Source: Bacteroidales bacterium
GTDB taxonomy: Bacteria; Bacteroidota; Bacteroidia; Bacteroidales; Muribaculaceae
Assembly (NCBI GenBank): GCA_020860445.1
Contig: JAJBUH010000138.1
Span: 9,840 to 73,839 of the forward strand
Direction: 5' to 3'
DNA: 64,000 bases
The notes beneath the pieces were generated by a model. It had not been told where the DNA came from. It saw only the letters and a program-made list of their open reading frames with translations, and made no database searches. Made by a program: the position numbers and the translations under genes. Position 1 is the first letter of the stretch. Each line of letters opens with the position of its first letter. Of this stretch, positions 12,199 through 22,622 are shown piece after piece.

Positions 12199-13194
12199 AT
12201 GGCCGAAACAGTCAACATCAGAGAGCTTAACAGCCTCGTTGCCAGCAAAAACGACTTTATCAACCTAATCACCCACGGCATGGACCAAACCATCGTGGGA
12301 CAAAAGCATCTCGTAGAATCACTCGTAATCGCTCTTTTGGCCAATGGCCACGTGCTGCTCGAAGGCGTGCCCGGTCTGGCCAAGACTTTGGCCATAAAGA
12401 CTCTGGCTCAACTCATCGACGCCAAGTACAGCCGCATCCAATTCACCCCTGACTTGCTTCCTGCCGACGTGATCGGTACCATGGTCTACAGCGTAAAAGA
12501 TGAATCTTTCAAGGTCAAGAAGGGCCCAATCTTCGCCAACTTCGTGCTTGCCGACGAAATCAACCGCGCTCCCGCCAAGGTGCAGAGCGCATTGCTCGAG
12601 GCTATGCAGGAGCGCCAGGTGACCATAGGCGACAGCACTTTCCCACTCGACGAGCCTTTCCTGGTGATGGCTACCCAAAACCCCATTGAGCAGGAAGGCA
12701 CCTATCCGCTGCCTGAGGCACAGGTCGACCGTTTCTTGATGAAGGTAGTGATCGGTTATCCCTCGCGCGATGAGGAGAAACTCATCATACGCCAGAACCT
12801 GTCGAACGAGCGCAAGGCCGTGCAGCCCCTGCTCAAGCCCTCAGAGATCATCGAGGCCCAGAAGATTGTGGAGCAAATCTATGTGGATGAGAAGATTGAG
12901 CGCTACATCGTTGACCTGGTGTTTGCCACCCGCTTCCCGGCCGACTATGGCTTGAAGGATCTGACTGGCATCATCGCCTTCGGCGCTTCGCCTCGCGCAT
13001 CTATCAGCTTGGCTCGCGCCGCTCGCTCTTACGCCTTCATCCACCAGCGCGGATATGTGATTCCCGAGGATGTTATCGCAGTATGCCACGACGTGCTGCG
13101 TCACCGCATCGGCGTCACTTACGAGGCCGAGGCCAACAACATTACCACTGACGAAATTATCACCGAAATCCTCGACAAGGTACAAGTCCCCTAA
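12199..13194 (+). CDS. MoxR-family AAA+ ATPase
   Basis: LLEGVPGLAKT Walker A, LADEINRA Walker B region. First gene of the Bat operon. Confidence 0.93.
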   Translation: MAETVNIRELNSLVASKNDFINLITHGMDQTIVGQKHLVESLVIALLANGHVLLEGVPGLAKTLAIKTLAQLIDAKYSRIQFTPDLLPADVIGTMVYSVKDESFKVKKGPIFANFVLADEINRAPAKVQSALLEAMQERQVTIGDSTFPLDEPFLVMATQNPIEQEGTYPLPEAQVDRFLMKVVIGYPSRDEEKLIIRQNLSNERKAVQPLLKPSEIIEAQKIVEQIYVDEKIERYIVDLVFATRFPADYGLKDLTGIIAFGASPRASISLARAARSYAFIHQRGYVIPEDVIAVCHDVLRHRIGVTYEAEANNITTDEIITEILDKVQVP

Positions 13195-13200
13195 TCCCTG

Positions 13201-14076
13201 ATGGACGCAAACGAGCTATTAAAGAAAGTAAGGAAGATCGAGATCAAGTCGAAGGCTCTGTCTCAAAACATCTTCGCAGGCGAATACCACTCCCGCTTCA
13301 AGGGCAGGGGCATGATGTTCTCGGAGGTGAGGGAGTACCAGTACGGCGACGACATACGCGATATCGACTGGAACGTTACGGCTCGCCACAACCATCCCTT
13401 CATCAAGGTCTACGAGGAGGAGCGCGAGCTCACAGTGATGCTCCTGGTCGATGTGTCGGGCAGCCGCGACTTTGGCGCCGTAGGCAGTCCCAAGCGCGAC
13501 ATGATTACCGAGATTTCGGCTACCCTGGCCATCTCGGCCACCCAGAACAATGACAAGATCGGTGCCATCTTCTTCAGCGACCGCATCGAGAAGTTCATAC
13601 CCCCCAAGAAAGGCCGCAAGCATATCTTGTTTATAATCCGCGAGTTGATTGACTTTCAGCCTCAGAGCCACGGCACCGACATAGCAATGGCTGTGCGCTA
13701 TTTCGCCGACGCCATGAAGCGCCGCTGCACCACATTTCTGATCAGCGACTTTATCAACAAGGACGATTACAAGCCGGCTCTCACCGTGGCTTGCAACCGC
13801 CACGAGGTGATAGCCCTGCAGGTCTACGACAAGCGCGACGCTACCCTGCCAAATGTGGGACTGATGCGCGTGGCCGACCTCGAGACTGGCGCTACCCGCT
13901 GGATCGACACATCGTCGGCGCGCGTGCGCAAGACCTTTGACAAGTGGTGGTATGCCCGCCAGCAGGCTATGGCCGAGACTCTCAACAGTTGCCGTGTCGA
14001 CTATGCGTCGATCACCACCGATGAGGATTATGTCAAGGCGCTGCTCGCTCTGTTCAAGGGCCGTGGCAAGAAATGA
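13201..14076 (+). CDS. DUF58 domain protein (MoxR partner)
   Basis: YQYGDDIRDIDWNVTAR motif and its position directly after moxR. Confidence 0.88.
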   Translation: MDANELLKKVRKIEIKSKALSQNIFAGEYHSRFKGRGMMFSEVREYQYGDDIRDIDWNVTARHNHPFIKVYEEERELTVMLLVDVSGSRDFGAVGSPKRDMITEISATLAISATQNNDKIGAIFFSDRIEKFIPPKKGRKHILFIIRELIDFQPQSHGTDIAMAVRYFADAMKRRCTTFLISDFINKDDYKPALTVACNRHEVIALQVYDKRDATLPNVGLMRVADLETGATRWIDTSSARVRKTFDKWWYARQQAMAETLNSCRVDYASITTDEDYVKALLALFKGRGKK

Positions 14077-14121
14077 AAAATGAATAGTGAAGAATGAATA
14101 GTGAAAAATGAAGAATGAAGA

Positions 14122-15156
14122 ATGAAAAATAAACTTTCATATCTGATTTCAGCCAAACTGTGGGTGCTGGCCGCAGCGTTGCTGCTGTGGCCTCTGGCCA
14201 TCAGGGCACAGGCGCCGATGAGCATCAGAGCCAGTGCTGACTCGGTGACCCTGGTGATGGGTGATCGCGTGACTGTCAATGTCGAGGTGATCAAGAATAC
14301 CCATGAGGGCGCCCTGCTCGACATGCCCAAAAAGGAGAAAGACTACTATGGGCTTGAGATGCAAGAGATTACTGCCGATAGCACCGAGCTGGGCAATGGC
14401 CGCGTCGAGCTCAAGTACCATATTATATTCCAAGCGTTCGACCCGTCGCAGCTGCTCACGCTGCCGCCTTTTGCCTACGCCGCCCAGGGCGACACTGTGC
14501 ATAGCGAATCGCTCGCATTCAAGGTCTATCCCGTCGACCTGAGCCCCGAGCTCGGTAATCCCGAGGATATCGAGAGCCTGACAGTGCACCCCGACGAGGA
14601 ACCTCTCTCGGTGCCGTCGCGCTGGTACGACTATGTGCCCGACTGGCTGATTTGGGTATTTATCGGCCTGATAGCCTTGGCTCTCGCCGCAGTGGCATAT
14701 CTGATGCTGAAGCAAGGCAAGCAAGCGCTGCTGGCTCAGCGCAAGCCTACGCCACCCTACGAATTGGCGGTGCAGCGCCTGTCAGAGCTCAAGGACCGCA
14801 AGCTGCTGTCCCAAGGCCATGTCAAGCAATACTATACCGAACTGATTGATATCTTGCGCAGTTACCTCGAGGGACGCTTTGGCATCAATGCCATGGAGCT
14901 GCCGTCAAAGATGATCCTCAAGCGCATACGCGAGAACAAAGAGATACATCTCTCGGCTGCCCAGATGGAGCAGGTGCTCGAGCTGGCCGACTTTGTAAAG
15001 TTTGCCGCTGCCAACCCCAACCCGGAGGAGGGCTTGCGTACCTTCAACACCATCAGCGACTTTGTCGAGGCCACCAAGCCCGCTCCCGAACCTACCCCTG
15101 AGGGTGACGAGGCCAAGGCCGGTGGCGCAACTACCAGCAAACCGCAAAAAGACTAA
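14122..15156 (+). CDS. Bat-operon membrane protein of unknown function
   Basis: Signal sequence, a central TM segment (WLIWVFIGLIALALAAVAYLML), and its position between DUF58 and batA. Confidence 0.6.
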   Translation: MKNKLSYLISAKLWVLAAALLLWPLAIRAQAPMSIRASADSVTLVMGDRVTVNVEVIKNTHEGALLDMPKKEKDYYGLEMQEITADSTELGNGRVELKYHIIFQAFDPSQLLTLPPFAYAAQGDTVHSESLAFKVYPVDLSPELGNPEDIESLTVHPDEEPLSVPSRWYDYVPDWLIWVFIGLIALALAAVAYLMLKQGKQALLAQRKPTPPYELAVQRLSELKDRKLLSQGHVKQYYTELIDILRSYLEGRFGINAMELPSKMILKRIRENKEIHLSAAQMEQVLELADFVKFAAANPNPEEGLRTFNTISDFVEATKPAPEPTPEGDEAKAGGATTSKPQKD

Positions 15157-15159
15157 TCT

Positions 15160-16143
15160 ATGCAATTTGCTCAACCTTCATATCTTTGGCTCTTCCTGAT
15201 CTATGTGCCTCTGATTGCGTGGTACGTATTGAAGCAGGGCAATGCCAGGGCCACGCTCGGGATTTCTACCATCAGTCCCTTCGCTACGATAGGGCGGTCA
15301 TGGAAGGAATACCTGCGTCACGCCTTGTTTTTGCTGCGCCTCGGAGCCATCGGCGCCCTCATCATAGTGCTGGCTCGCCCTCAGACACGCGACAGCTGGC
15401 ACACTACATCGACCGAAGGCACCGACATCATGATTGCCCTCGACGTATCCACCTCGATGCTCGCCATGGACTTTGAGCCCGACCGTCTGGAGGCTGCCAA
15501 GGCTGTGGCTGCCGACTTCGTGCAAGGGCGCGAGAGCGACAACATCGGCGTGGTGATATTTGCCGGCGAGAGCCTCACCGGCATGCCGATGACCGTAGAC
15601 CGGGGCATGCTCATCAATTACATCAACAGCATCGACATGAATGTGCTGCCCGACGGCACTGCCATCGGCGACGGCATTGCCACTGCACTCAACCGCCTGA
15701 AGGAGGGCAAGGCCAAGAGCCGCAGCATCATCCTGCTCACCGACGGCAGCAACAACACTGGCGTGGTGGCACCGCTCACGGCTGCCGAGGTAGCCAAGGA
15801 GCTTGATGCCCGCATCTACACTATCGGCATCGGCACCAATGGCACAGCCAACTATCCGGTGATGACAGCCTTTGGCAAGCAGATACAGCAGATGCCCGTG
15901 GTGATTGACGAGAACACCCTCAAGCAAATAGCTGACTTGACCGGCGGCAAATATTTCCGCGCTACCAATAATAATGTGCTGCGCGAGGTATTTGACGAGA
16001 TCGATACCCTCGAGAAGACGCGCATGGATGTGCGCCATTTCTCGCACGCTGAGGATAATTATATGCTGTGGGCATGGCTGGCATTTGGGCTGTTTGCGCT
16101 CGAGCTGCTGCTCAGATACACGATATTGCGGTCGATACCGTAA
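15160..16143 (+). CDS. batA: VWA-domain protein BatA
   Basis: N- and C-terminal TM segments with a VWA MIDAS region (IALDVSTSM). Confidence 0.88.
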   Translation: MQFAQPSYLWLFLIYVPLIAWYVLKQGNARATLGISTISPFATIGRSWKEYLRHALFLLRLGAIGALIIVLARPQTRDSWHTTSTEGTDIMIALDVSTSMLAMDFEPDRLEAAKAVAADFVQGRESDNIGVVIFAGESLTGMPMTVDRGMLINYINSIDMNVLPDGTAIGDGIATALNRLKEGKAKSRSIILLTDGSNNTGVVAPLTAAEVAKELDARIYTIGIGTNGTANYPVMTAFGKQIQQMPVVIDENTLKQIADLTGGKYFRATNNNVLREVFDEIDTLEKTRMDVRHFSHAEDNYMLWAWLAFGLFALELLLRYTILRSIP

Positions 16144-16165
16144 TAATCCGGGCCACGAACTGGCC

Positions 16166-16306
16166 CGGCACAGTAGCCGCCATACGGACACTATTGGGCT
16201 GTAAACGGCCCGACCCGATTGCCGATTGCCCGGATGGTCCATTTGACCCGGTGGGTACCGATTGCCCGGATGGCCCTTTTGACTTTTGACTTATTACTTT
16301 TGACTT
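16166..16306. repeat. Composite intergenic repeat tract between batA and batB
   Basis: CGGCACAGTAGCCGCCATACGGACAC is related to the 58-bp repeat at 21277. CCGATTGCCCGGATGG(T/C)CC(A/T)TTTGAC occurs twice (16222-16247, 16258-16283), followed by GACTTTTGACTTATTACTTTTGACTT. Confidence 0.8.
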
Positions 16307-16312
16307 AAGTAT

Positions 16313-17353
16313 ATGTTTGATTTTGCAAATCCGCAACTGTTATCCCTGCTGGGAGCCGTGGTGCTCATCGGGCTGCTATTCTGGTGGGCTCAGGTGACGC
16401 GCAAGAATAATTTGCGCCGATTCGGGCGCCTGTCAGTGCTGCAATCGCTGATGCCCGATGCCTCGATCTATACCCCCAGGGTGAAGATTGTGTTGCAACT
16501 GCTGGCGCTCACGGCTCTGGTGTTTGTGCTGGCGCGCCCGCGCAGCGGTGAGAAACAGCCACAGCAGACACGCCTCGAGGGTATCGAGATTATGATTGCA
16601 TTTGACGTCTCCAACTCGATGCTCGCATCAGCCAATGATGACCCCAACGGCATCAGCCGTCTCGACCGCGCCCGCCTGCTGCTCGAGAAACTTATCGACC
16701 GCCTTGATAATGACAAGGTGGGCCTTGTGGTGTTTGCCGGCGAGGCTAAGACCCAGATGCCTCTCACCACCGATTACTACACCGCAAAACTGTATCTGAG
16801 CGAGCTGTCGCCCAAATTGGTGAGGATGCAAGGCACATCAATCACCGACGCCATCAATATGTCGGCTCGCGCCATGAGCGCCGACGACAAGGTCAACAAG
16901 GCCATCATCCTTATCACCGACGCCGAGAACCATGAGGGCGATGCCATCGAGGCAGCCAAGGCAGCTGCCGACAAGGGCATCCAGGTCGATGTGATCGGCG
17001 TTGGCTCGGGCAAAGGCGTGCCTATCCCCATCAACAGCGCCGGCACCGACTATCTGCGCGACAACGATGGCCAAGTGGTGCTTACGACATTTGACCAAGA
17101 GGCTGCCAAGAAGATAGCTGAGGCTGGCAAGGGCATTTATGTCAACGGCTCATCATCCAAGGCCCTCGACGCTCTGACTCAGGCCCTCGATGAGGTGGAC
17201 AAGACAGAATTTAAGAAGGTACAGTACAAGGCCAGCGCCGAGCAGTTCCCCACCTTTGCTTGGATAGCCTTGATTCTGATCGTGGCCGACATCTTCGTGC
17301 TCGACCGCAAGATTAGTTGGCTTAAGGACATCAACTTCTTTACCAAGAAATGA
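16313..17353 (+). CDS. batB: VWA-domain protein BatB
   Basis: VWA MIDAS region (IAFDVSNSM) with terminal TM segments. Confidence 0.88.
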   Translation: MFDFANPQLLSLLGAVVLIGLLFWWAQVTRKNNLRRFGRLSVLQSLMPDASIYTPRVKIVLQLLALTALVFVLARPRSGEKQPQQTRLEGIEIMIAFDVSNSMLASANDDPNGISRLDRARLLLEKLIDRLDNDKVGLVVFAGEAKTQMPLTTDYYTAKLYLSELSPKLVRMQGTSITDAINMSARAMSADDKVNKAIILITDAENHEGDAIEAAKAAADKGIQVDVIGVGSGKGVPIPINSAGTDYLRDNDGQVVLTTFDQEAAKKIAEAGKGIYVNGSSSKALDALTQALDEVDKTEFKKVQYKASAEQFPTFAWIALILIVADIFVLDRKISWLKDINFFTKK

Positions 17354-18093
17354 CTATGAAGCCTATCTATACAATATTAATCCTGTGCGCCGGGTTGGCT
17401 CTGATGTGCTCTTGCTCGAATAAGAACAAGGGAGCCTACGAGTCGACCAAGGAAGAGCGCAACCTGATCAAGAAGGGCAACAAGGAATTTGCCGACAGCA
17501 ACTTTGTGGCGGCTCTGCAGGACTATACCCAAGCCTTGGCTGCCTCGCCCGGCTCTGAGCCAGCCATCTTTGACCGGGCTGCCGCTATATACAATTACGC
17601 CAAGACCCAGGATGGCGGCAAGCGCGACACCCTGATGGCCCAGGCTGTCGAGATTTACGAATCGCTCGGCAACCATGCCTCTGACCTAAAGGTGCGCGAA
17701 AAAGCCAATTACAACCTGGGCAACATCGCCTTTGCCCAACAGGACTATAAGAAGAGCATCGAATACTACAAGCGAGTGCTGCGCAGCAATCCCGCCAACC
17801 AGCGCACTCGCGAGAATCTGCGCGTGGCCCAACTCAAGCTGCCCCCCGAGGATCAGAACCAGGACCAAAACCAGGACCAGGATCAAGATCAGCAAGAGCA
17901 GAATCAAGACCAGCAGCAACAAGAGCAGGAGCAGCAGCAAGACCAGCAGCAACAGCCCCAGCAGCAACAAGAGATGAGCAGCAATGCCGAGCAGATACTC
18001 CAGACTATGCAGAATCGCGAGAACCAGACACGCGAGAATGCGCAGAAAGAGGAGCGTCAGGCCGTGCAGCGCAGCACCGACAAGCCTTGGTAA
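17350..18093 (+). CDS. batC: TPR protein BatC with Q/D/N-rich tail
   Basis: Lipoprotein signal, TPR repeats, then QNQDQNQDQDQDQQEQ... low complexity. ATGA-type overlap with batB. Confidence 0.85.
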   Translation: MTMKPIYTILILCAGLALMCSCSNKNKGAYESTKEERNLIKKGNKEFADSNFVAALQDYTQALAASPGSEPAIFDRAAAIYNYAKTQDGGKRDTLMAQAVEIYESLGNHASDLKVREKANYNLGNIAFAQQDYKKSIEYYKRVLRSNPANQRTRENLRVAQLKLPPEDQNQDQNQDQDQDQQEQNQDQQQQEQEQQQDQQQQPQQQQEMSSNAEQILQTMQNRENQTRENAQKEERQAVQRSTDKPW

Positions 18094-18114
18094 ACCCAAT
18101 ATACTCACCCCCAG

Positions 18115-19947
18115 ATGATGAACTATTTGCGTTTCACTCTCATTATTGCCTTGATAGCCATCGGGCTTGATGCGTCGGCCCAGGCCACCTTTGCCCTCCT
18201 GCAGCCCCGCACGGCTATCGAGGGCCAGAAATTCACGATTACCTTCCGCCTTACCAATGGGCAAGCCAACGCGCCGCAGGCTCCGCAACTCGAAAATTGC
18301 AAGTTTGTCTACGGCCCATCGACATCTACCATGTCATCGACCCAGATCATCAATGGGCAGATGAGTTCGAGTACCTCGATCGACTATACATTTACCTATC
18401 TGGCCGAGAAGGCTGGCACCATCACCATTCCGGCTGTCAGCATCAGCGCCGGTGGCAAGACGCTCAGCTCTAATCCTATGCAGTACACCATCTTGCCTCC
18501 CGATCAATCGAGCCAAGGCCAAGGCTCTGGCTCGTCCAGCACCATGCCCGGCGGCGCAGCTCCGTCTAAAGGCACGAGCCAAATCTCGGCCGATGATATG
18601 TTTGTGCGCATTTCGCTCAACAAGAGCAGTGTCTATGAGCAAGAGGCTGTAGTGGCCACCGTCAAGGTGTACACAAGGTATGAAATCAGCTCGTTCCAAA
18701 TCACCTCGCAGCCTACATTCGAGGGCTTCCTATCTGAGGAACTTGATGTGCCCTCGGGCGTGGAGATGGAGCATTACAATGGCAAGAATTACTACACCGC
18801 CTATCTGAAAAAGTGCATCATCTATCCGCAGAAGGCTGGCACACTCACCATCACCTCGGGCAAATATGATGTGACCCTCGTGGACTATGAGTTGGTGAGC
18901 AATGGCTTCTTCCAGACTCGCCGCCCAGTCGAGAAACATGTGGTGACCCAGAGCAACAGCGCCAAGCTCAATGTTACGGCTCTGCCTGAGCCGAGGCCCG
19001 CATCGTTCAACGGCGCCGTGGGCGACTTCTCGGCATCGGTTGAGATGAAGCCTACCGAACTGCGCACCAACGAAGCCGCCTCATATATAATAAAGGTGGA
19101 GGGCACCGGCAACATTAAGTATCTCAAGACCCCGACACTCGACTTGCCGCCGGGCATCGACCAGTTCACCCCCAAGACTGACATCAACGCCCGATTCACC
19201 GGCAGCGACATGCGCGGCACCTACAGCGTAAACTATACACTGGTGCCGCAAGATCCGGGCACTTTTGAGATTCCCGAGCGCCAATTCTCATACTTTAATC
19301 CCAAGGACAAGAAATACCATACCATCGACCTGCGCGGTTTTGACATCAAGGTGGCTCAGGGAGCCGCTACCATGGCTGTGACTGAGCAGAAGTCCATCGC
19401 CAAGGGCATGACCGACATCTTGCACATCAAGGCCGCAACCGGCAGCCAACTCGTACGTCCGTCGTATGACTTCCGCGCTTGGTGGTATTGGATGCTGTAT
19501 CTGATAGCCGCAGTGGCTCTGATTGTGGTGATATTCATCTATCGCCGCCAGCTCAGGCTGCAGGCTGATGTGCGCGGCCGCAAGTTGGCTCGCGCCAACA
19601 AGGTGGCTGCCAAGAAATTCAAAGCCGCACGCGCCGCTATGGCCGCTGGCGAGGCCGACAAATTCTATGCCGAGCTCAACCGCGCCATGTGGGGATACCT
19701 CAGCGACAAGCTGGGCATTCCAGCCTCGCAGCTCTTGCGCAGCAACATCGCCTCGCAGCTCTCAGCCTACGGAGTAGGGGAGGAGGCCGTTAGCGGCATC
19801 CTCGATATCCTCGACCAATGCGAGATGGCTCGATTCACGCCTCAGCATAGCGAGGCCGAGATGTCAGACCTGTACCGCAAGGCCGAAGGCGCTGTCAAAG
19901 CCATAGAGAACACCAAGGGCGCAAAGCCCCAACGCAACAACCAATGA
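18115..19947 (+). CDS. batD: BatD (oxygen-tolerance protein)
   Basis: 610 aa with a signal peptide, a late TM segment (WWYWMLYLIAAVALIVVIFIY), and operon position. Confidence 0.85.
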   Translation: MMNYLRFTLIIALIAIGLDASAQATFALLQPRTAIEGQKFTITFRLTNGQANAPQAPQLENCKFVYGPSTSTMSSTQIINGQMSSSTSIDYTFTYLAEKAGTITIPAVSISAGGKTLSSNPMQYTILPPDQSSQGQGSGSSSTMPGGAAPSKGTSQISADDMFVRISLNKSSVYEQEAVVATVKVYTRYEISSFQITSQPTFEGFLSEELDVPSGVEMEHYNGKNYYTAYLKKCIIYPQKAGTLTITSGKYDVTLVDYELVSNGFFQTRRPVEKHVVTQSNSAKLNVTALPEPRPASFNGAVGDFSASVEMKPTELRTNEAASYIIKVEGTGNIKYLKTPTLDLPPGIDQFTPKTDINARFTGSDMRGTYSVNYTLVPQDPGTFEIPERQFSYFNPKDKKYHTIDLRGFDIKVAQGAATMAVTEQKSIAKGMTDILHIKAATGSQLVRPSYDFRAWWYWMLYLIAAVALIVVIFIYRRQLRLQADVRGRKLARANKVAAKKFKAARAAMAAGEADKFYAELNRAMWGYLSDKLGIPASQLLRSNIASQLSAYGVGEEAVSGILDILDQCEMARFTPQHSEAEMSDLYRKAEGAVKAIENTKGAKPQRNNQ

Positions 19948-20735
19948 AGCCTAAAAACATGAGAAAGATACTTTTCCTACTGGCCCTGCTGGTAGCTTGC
20001 GTAAGCGCTCAGGCCAATTCGCTGGTGGCTGAGGCCGACTCAGCCTATAATCAGGGTGAGTTTGTGCAAGCCGTCAGGCTGTACCACCAGGCTGTCACCA
20101 ACACTGGCGGCACACCGGTGCTGTACTACAATCTGGGCAATTCATACTACCGCATAGGCAAACTCGGCCGCGCCGTGATTTGCTACGAGCGAGCCTTGAA
20201 GATGGACCCATCGTTCACTGATGCCCGCACCAACCTCGACTTTGTCAACACCAAGATCCTCGATAAGCCAGAGGACGATAGCACATTTCTGAGCAATGTC
20301 CACACCGGCATCAAGGCTTGGATGAGTCCTAACGCTTGGGCGTGGGTGGCTTTCGGGTTGTTTGTCGTTGTGCTTGGGTGCATCGCTCTGTATGTGTTTA
20401 GCGGCAATGTAATCCTGCGCAAGGTCGGATTCTTTGGCGGCGGCGTGGTGCTGGTGATATTCTTCTATGCTTTCATAGTGGCCGGGCAGGTGGCTGCGGC
20501 CCCCTACAACCGCAACACGGCGGTGGTGATAGTGCCGACCACCAACTTGAGCACATCGCCGGGCAATGTCAACACCAAGGATTCAAAGATTATACCCGTG
20601 CATGAGGGCACGGTGGTCGAGATCGTGGATTCGATGGCGATACCGGGCGAAACCTCATCTCCGCTCTGGTATGATGTCAAGATCAACAATGCCACTCGCG
20701 CTTGGGTCAGGGCCGTCGATGTGGAGAAGATATAA
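19944..20735 (+). CDS. batE: BatE (TPR plus SH3-like C-terminus)
   Basis: TPR motif ...YYNLGNSYYRIGKLGRAVICYERALKMDP, two TM segments, and a C-terminal SH3-like WYDVKINNATRAWV. Confidence 0.82.
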   Translation: MKPKNMRKILFLLALLVACVSAQANSLVAEADSAYNQGEFVQAVRLYHQAVTNTGGTPVLYYNLGNSYYRIGKLGRAVICYERALKMDPSFTDARTNLDFVNTKILDKPEDDSTFLSNVHTGIKAWMSPNAWAWVAFGLFVVVLGCIALYVFSGNVILRKVGFFGGGVVLVIFFYAFIVAGQVAAAPYNRNTAVVIVPTTNLSTSPGNVNTKDSKIIPVHEGTVVEIVDSMAIPGETSSPLWYDVKINNATRAWVRAVDVEKI

Positions 20736-20883
20736 TTGGCTGATTTTCAGTGGGATAACAAAAAATATGTTTTAAAACATATAATTTTCCACCGATTTTG
20801 TTTGTTTATTTCAAAAAGTACCCTTAACTTTATCACAAATTTCATAAAACATAGTCAAATAACCCCTAAACCAGGAATACGAC

Positions 20884-21144
20884 ATGAGTAAGACAATCAC
20901 CTTCAACGAGCTGCGCCGCCTCAAGGATAGCCTCCCTGATGGCTCGATGCACAAAATCGCCGACCAGCTCAACGTCACAGTGCAGACTGTGCGCAACTAT
21001 TTCGGCGGAGCCAACTATGACTGTGGTCGCAATTGCGGCGTGCACATCGAGCCCGGCCCTGACGGCGGCATTGTAGTTCTGGATGATTCCACCATCTACG
21101 ACATGGCAGTGGGTATTTTGAAGGAGGCCAACGGAGCCAGCTAA
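20884..21144 (+). CDS. Small putative DNA-binding (HTH) protein
   Basis: 86 aa with HKIADQLNVTVQTVRNYF resembling a helix-turn-helix. No homology search was possible. Confidence 0.5.
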   Translation: MSKTITFNELRRLKDSLPDGSMHKIADQLNVTVQTVRNYFGGANYDCGRNCGVHIEPGPDGGIVVLDDSTIYDMAVGILKEANGAS

Positions 21145-21276
21145 CCCCAGCATCTCCACCCTATGCCGCGCAGCTCGCTGCGTAACATACCCCTTAAGGC
21201 AGCTGCTCCACCCTGAGCCGCTGCCTTTTGGCATTTGACGATGCGCGCCACACAGAGGCGCGCCACGGTAGCCGCC

Positions 21277-21426
21277 ATCCGGACACGAGCGGTCGGCACA
21301 GCCGACCGAGCCGAGATGCGAATACAGCCAGCCTATCCGGACACGGGTGGCCGGCACAGCCGACCGAGCCGAGATGCGAATACAGCCAGCCTATCCGGAC
21401 ACGAGCGGCCGGCACAGCCGACCGAG
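21277..21426. repeat. 58-bp tandem repeat, ~2.6 copies
   Basis: Unit ATCCGGACACG(A/G)G(C/T)GG(T/C)CGGCACAGCCGACCGAGCCGAGATGCGAATACAGCCAGCCT starts at 21277, 21335 and 21393. Each unit contains the hairpin CGGTCGG-CACAG-CCGACCG. Confidence 0.9.
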
Positions 21427-21497
21427 AGCATGGATGGTGTCACGACCACCAAAGTAGCCATTACTTATTACTCATTACCTATTACTAAAATATAGAG

Positions 21498-22622
21498 ATG
21501 GATCGATTTATTACGGTGGCAATCCACACCTACGAGAAGGCAATTGCCCTCAGGGCACTGCTCGAGCGCGAGGGCATCGAGGTGCAATTCCGAAATGTCA
21601 ACATCGAGCACCCGGTGGTATCCTCGGGCATCAGGGTGCGCATACGCGAGACTGACCTGCCTCTGGCTCTGCGCATCATCGAGAATCGCGAGATATTCTC
21701 CGACCCGGTTGTGACCGGGCGCCAGGCCGACCCGGCGATGCCGATTCTGGTGCCTATCGATTTCAGCGACGTTTCGCGCCAGGCTGTGCATGCGGCTTTC
21801 CACATAGCCGCGGCCCATGGCACATCGCTGATATTGCTCCATACCTATATCGATCCATACGTGGCGGGGAGCATGCAGCTCACCGACAGCCTGACCTACG
21901 AGATGGCCGATGCCTCATCGCGCGAGAAGGCTCAGAACGCCGCTAAGGCCCAGATGCGCCACTTTGCCGCTCGCATCAAGGATGCCATCAAGATTGGCAC
22001 CTTGCCACCGGTCAAGTTTGAGCAATGCGTGATGGAGGGCGTGCCAGAGGATGCCATCAACGAGTTCACCAAGGCTCGCAACCCATTCCTGATCGTGATG
22101 GGCACGCGCAATGCGCGGCAGAAAGAGGCCGAGATGATCGGGTCGGTGACAGCCGAGGTGCTCGACAAGTGCCGTTTTACGGTGCTGGCTCTGCCTCACG
22201 AGGCCGACACCGCACCTACGCCTTTCCAACCGGGAAAAATCCTGTTTTTGTGTAATATCGAGCAGGAGGACATCCTGGCCATGGACACCCTGTACCGCCT
22301 CTTCCCCAAGGCTATGGCCAAGGTTACGATTGCCAATGTGCCGGGGCGCAAGCGCCGCCAGCTGCTGCGCAACACAGCCGATGCCGCACAGGCGCTGCAG
22401 GCCTATTGCCAGCAAAATTTCAAGACCTATACGTTTGAGACAGCCAATATCAGCCTGGAGCGAATGCAGGAGGAATTGGATGCCCTTGAGACCAAGAAGC
22501 AGTATGACCTGGTGGTCATCCCCAACAAGAAGAAGAGCATCTTCTCGCGCCTCTTCAACCCCTCCCTTGCCCATCAGGTATTGTTTGCGGCCGACATCCC
22601 CATGTTAGTTATTCCAGTATAG
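21498..22622 (+). CDS. Universal stress protein with tandem Usp domains and an N-terminal small alpha/beta domain
   Basis: ILVPIDFSDVSRQAVHAAFHIAAAHGTSLILLHT and a second Usp-like half ending ...AADIPMLVIPV. Confidence 0.8.
   Translation: MDRFITVAIHTYEKAIALRALLEREGIEVQFRNVNIEHPVVSSGIRVRIRETDLPLALRIIENREIFSDPVVTGRQADPAMPILVPIDFSDVSRQAVHAAFHIAAAHGTSLILLHTYIDPYVAGSMQLTDSLTYEMADASSREKAQNAAKAQMRHFAARIKDAIKIGTLPPVKFEQCVMEGVPEDAINEFTKARNPFLIVMGTRNARQKEAEMIGSVTAEVLDKCRFTVLALPHEADTAPTPFQPGKILFLCNIEQEDILAMDTLYRLFPKAMAKVTIANVPGRKRRQLLRNTADAAQALQAYCQQNFKTYTFETANISLERMQEELDALETKKQYDLVVIPNKKKSIFSRLFNPSLAHQVLFAADIPMLVIPV

Noticed and set aside
17860-17990. CAG/CAA/GAC-rich DNA repeat
   Set aside because: It encodes the Q/D/N/E-rich tail of BatC, a low-complexity protein region in frame. 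The antisense 200-aa poly-Leu ORF (17686-18288) is spurious.
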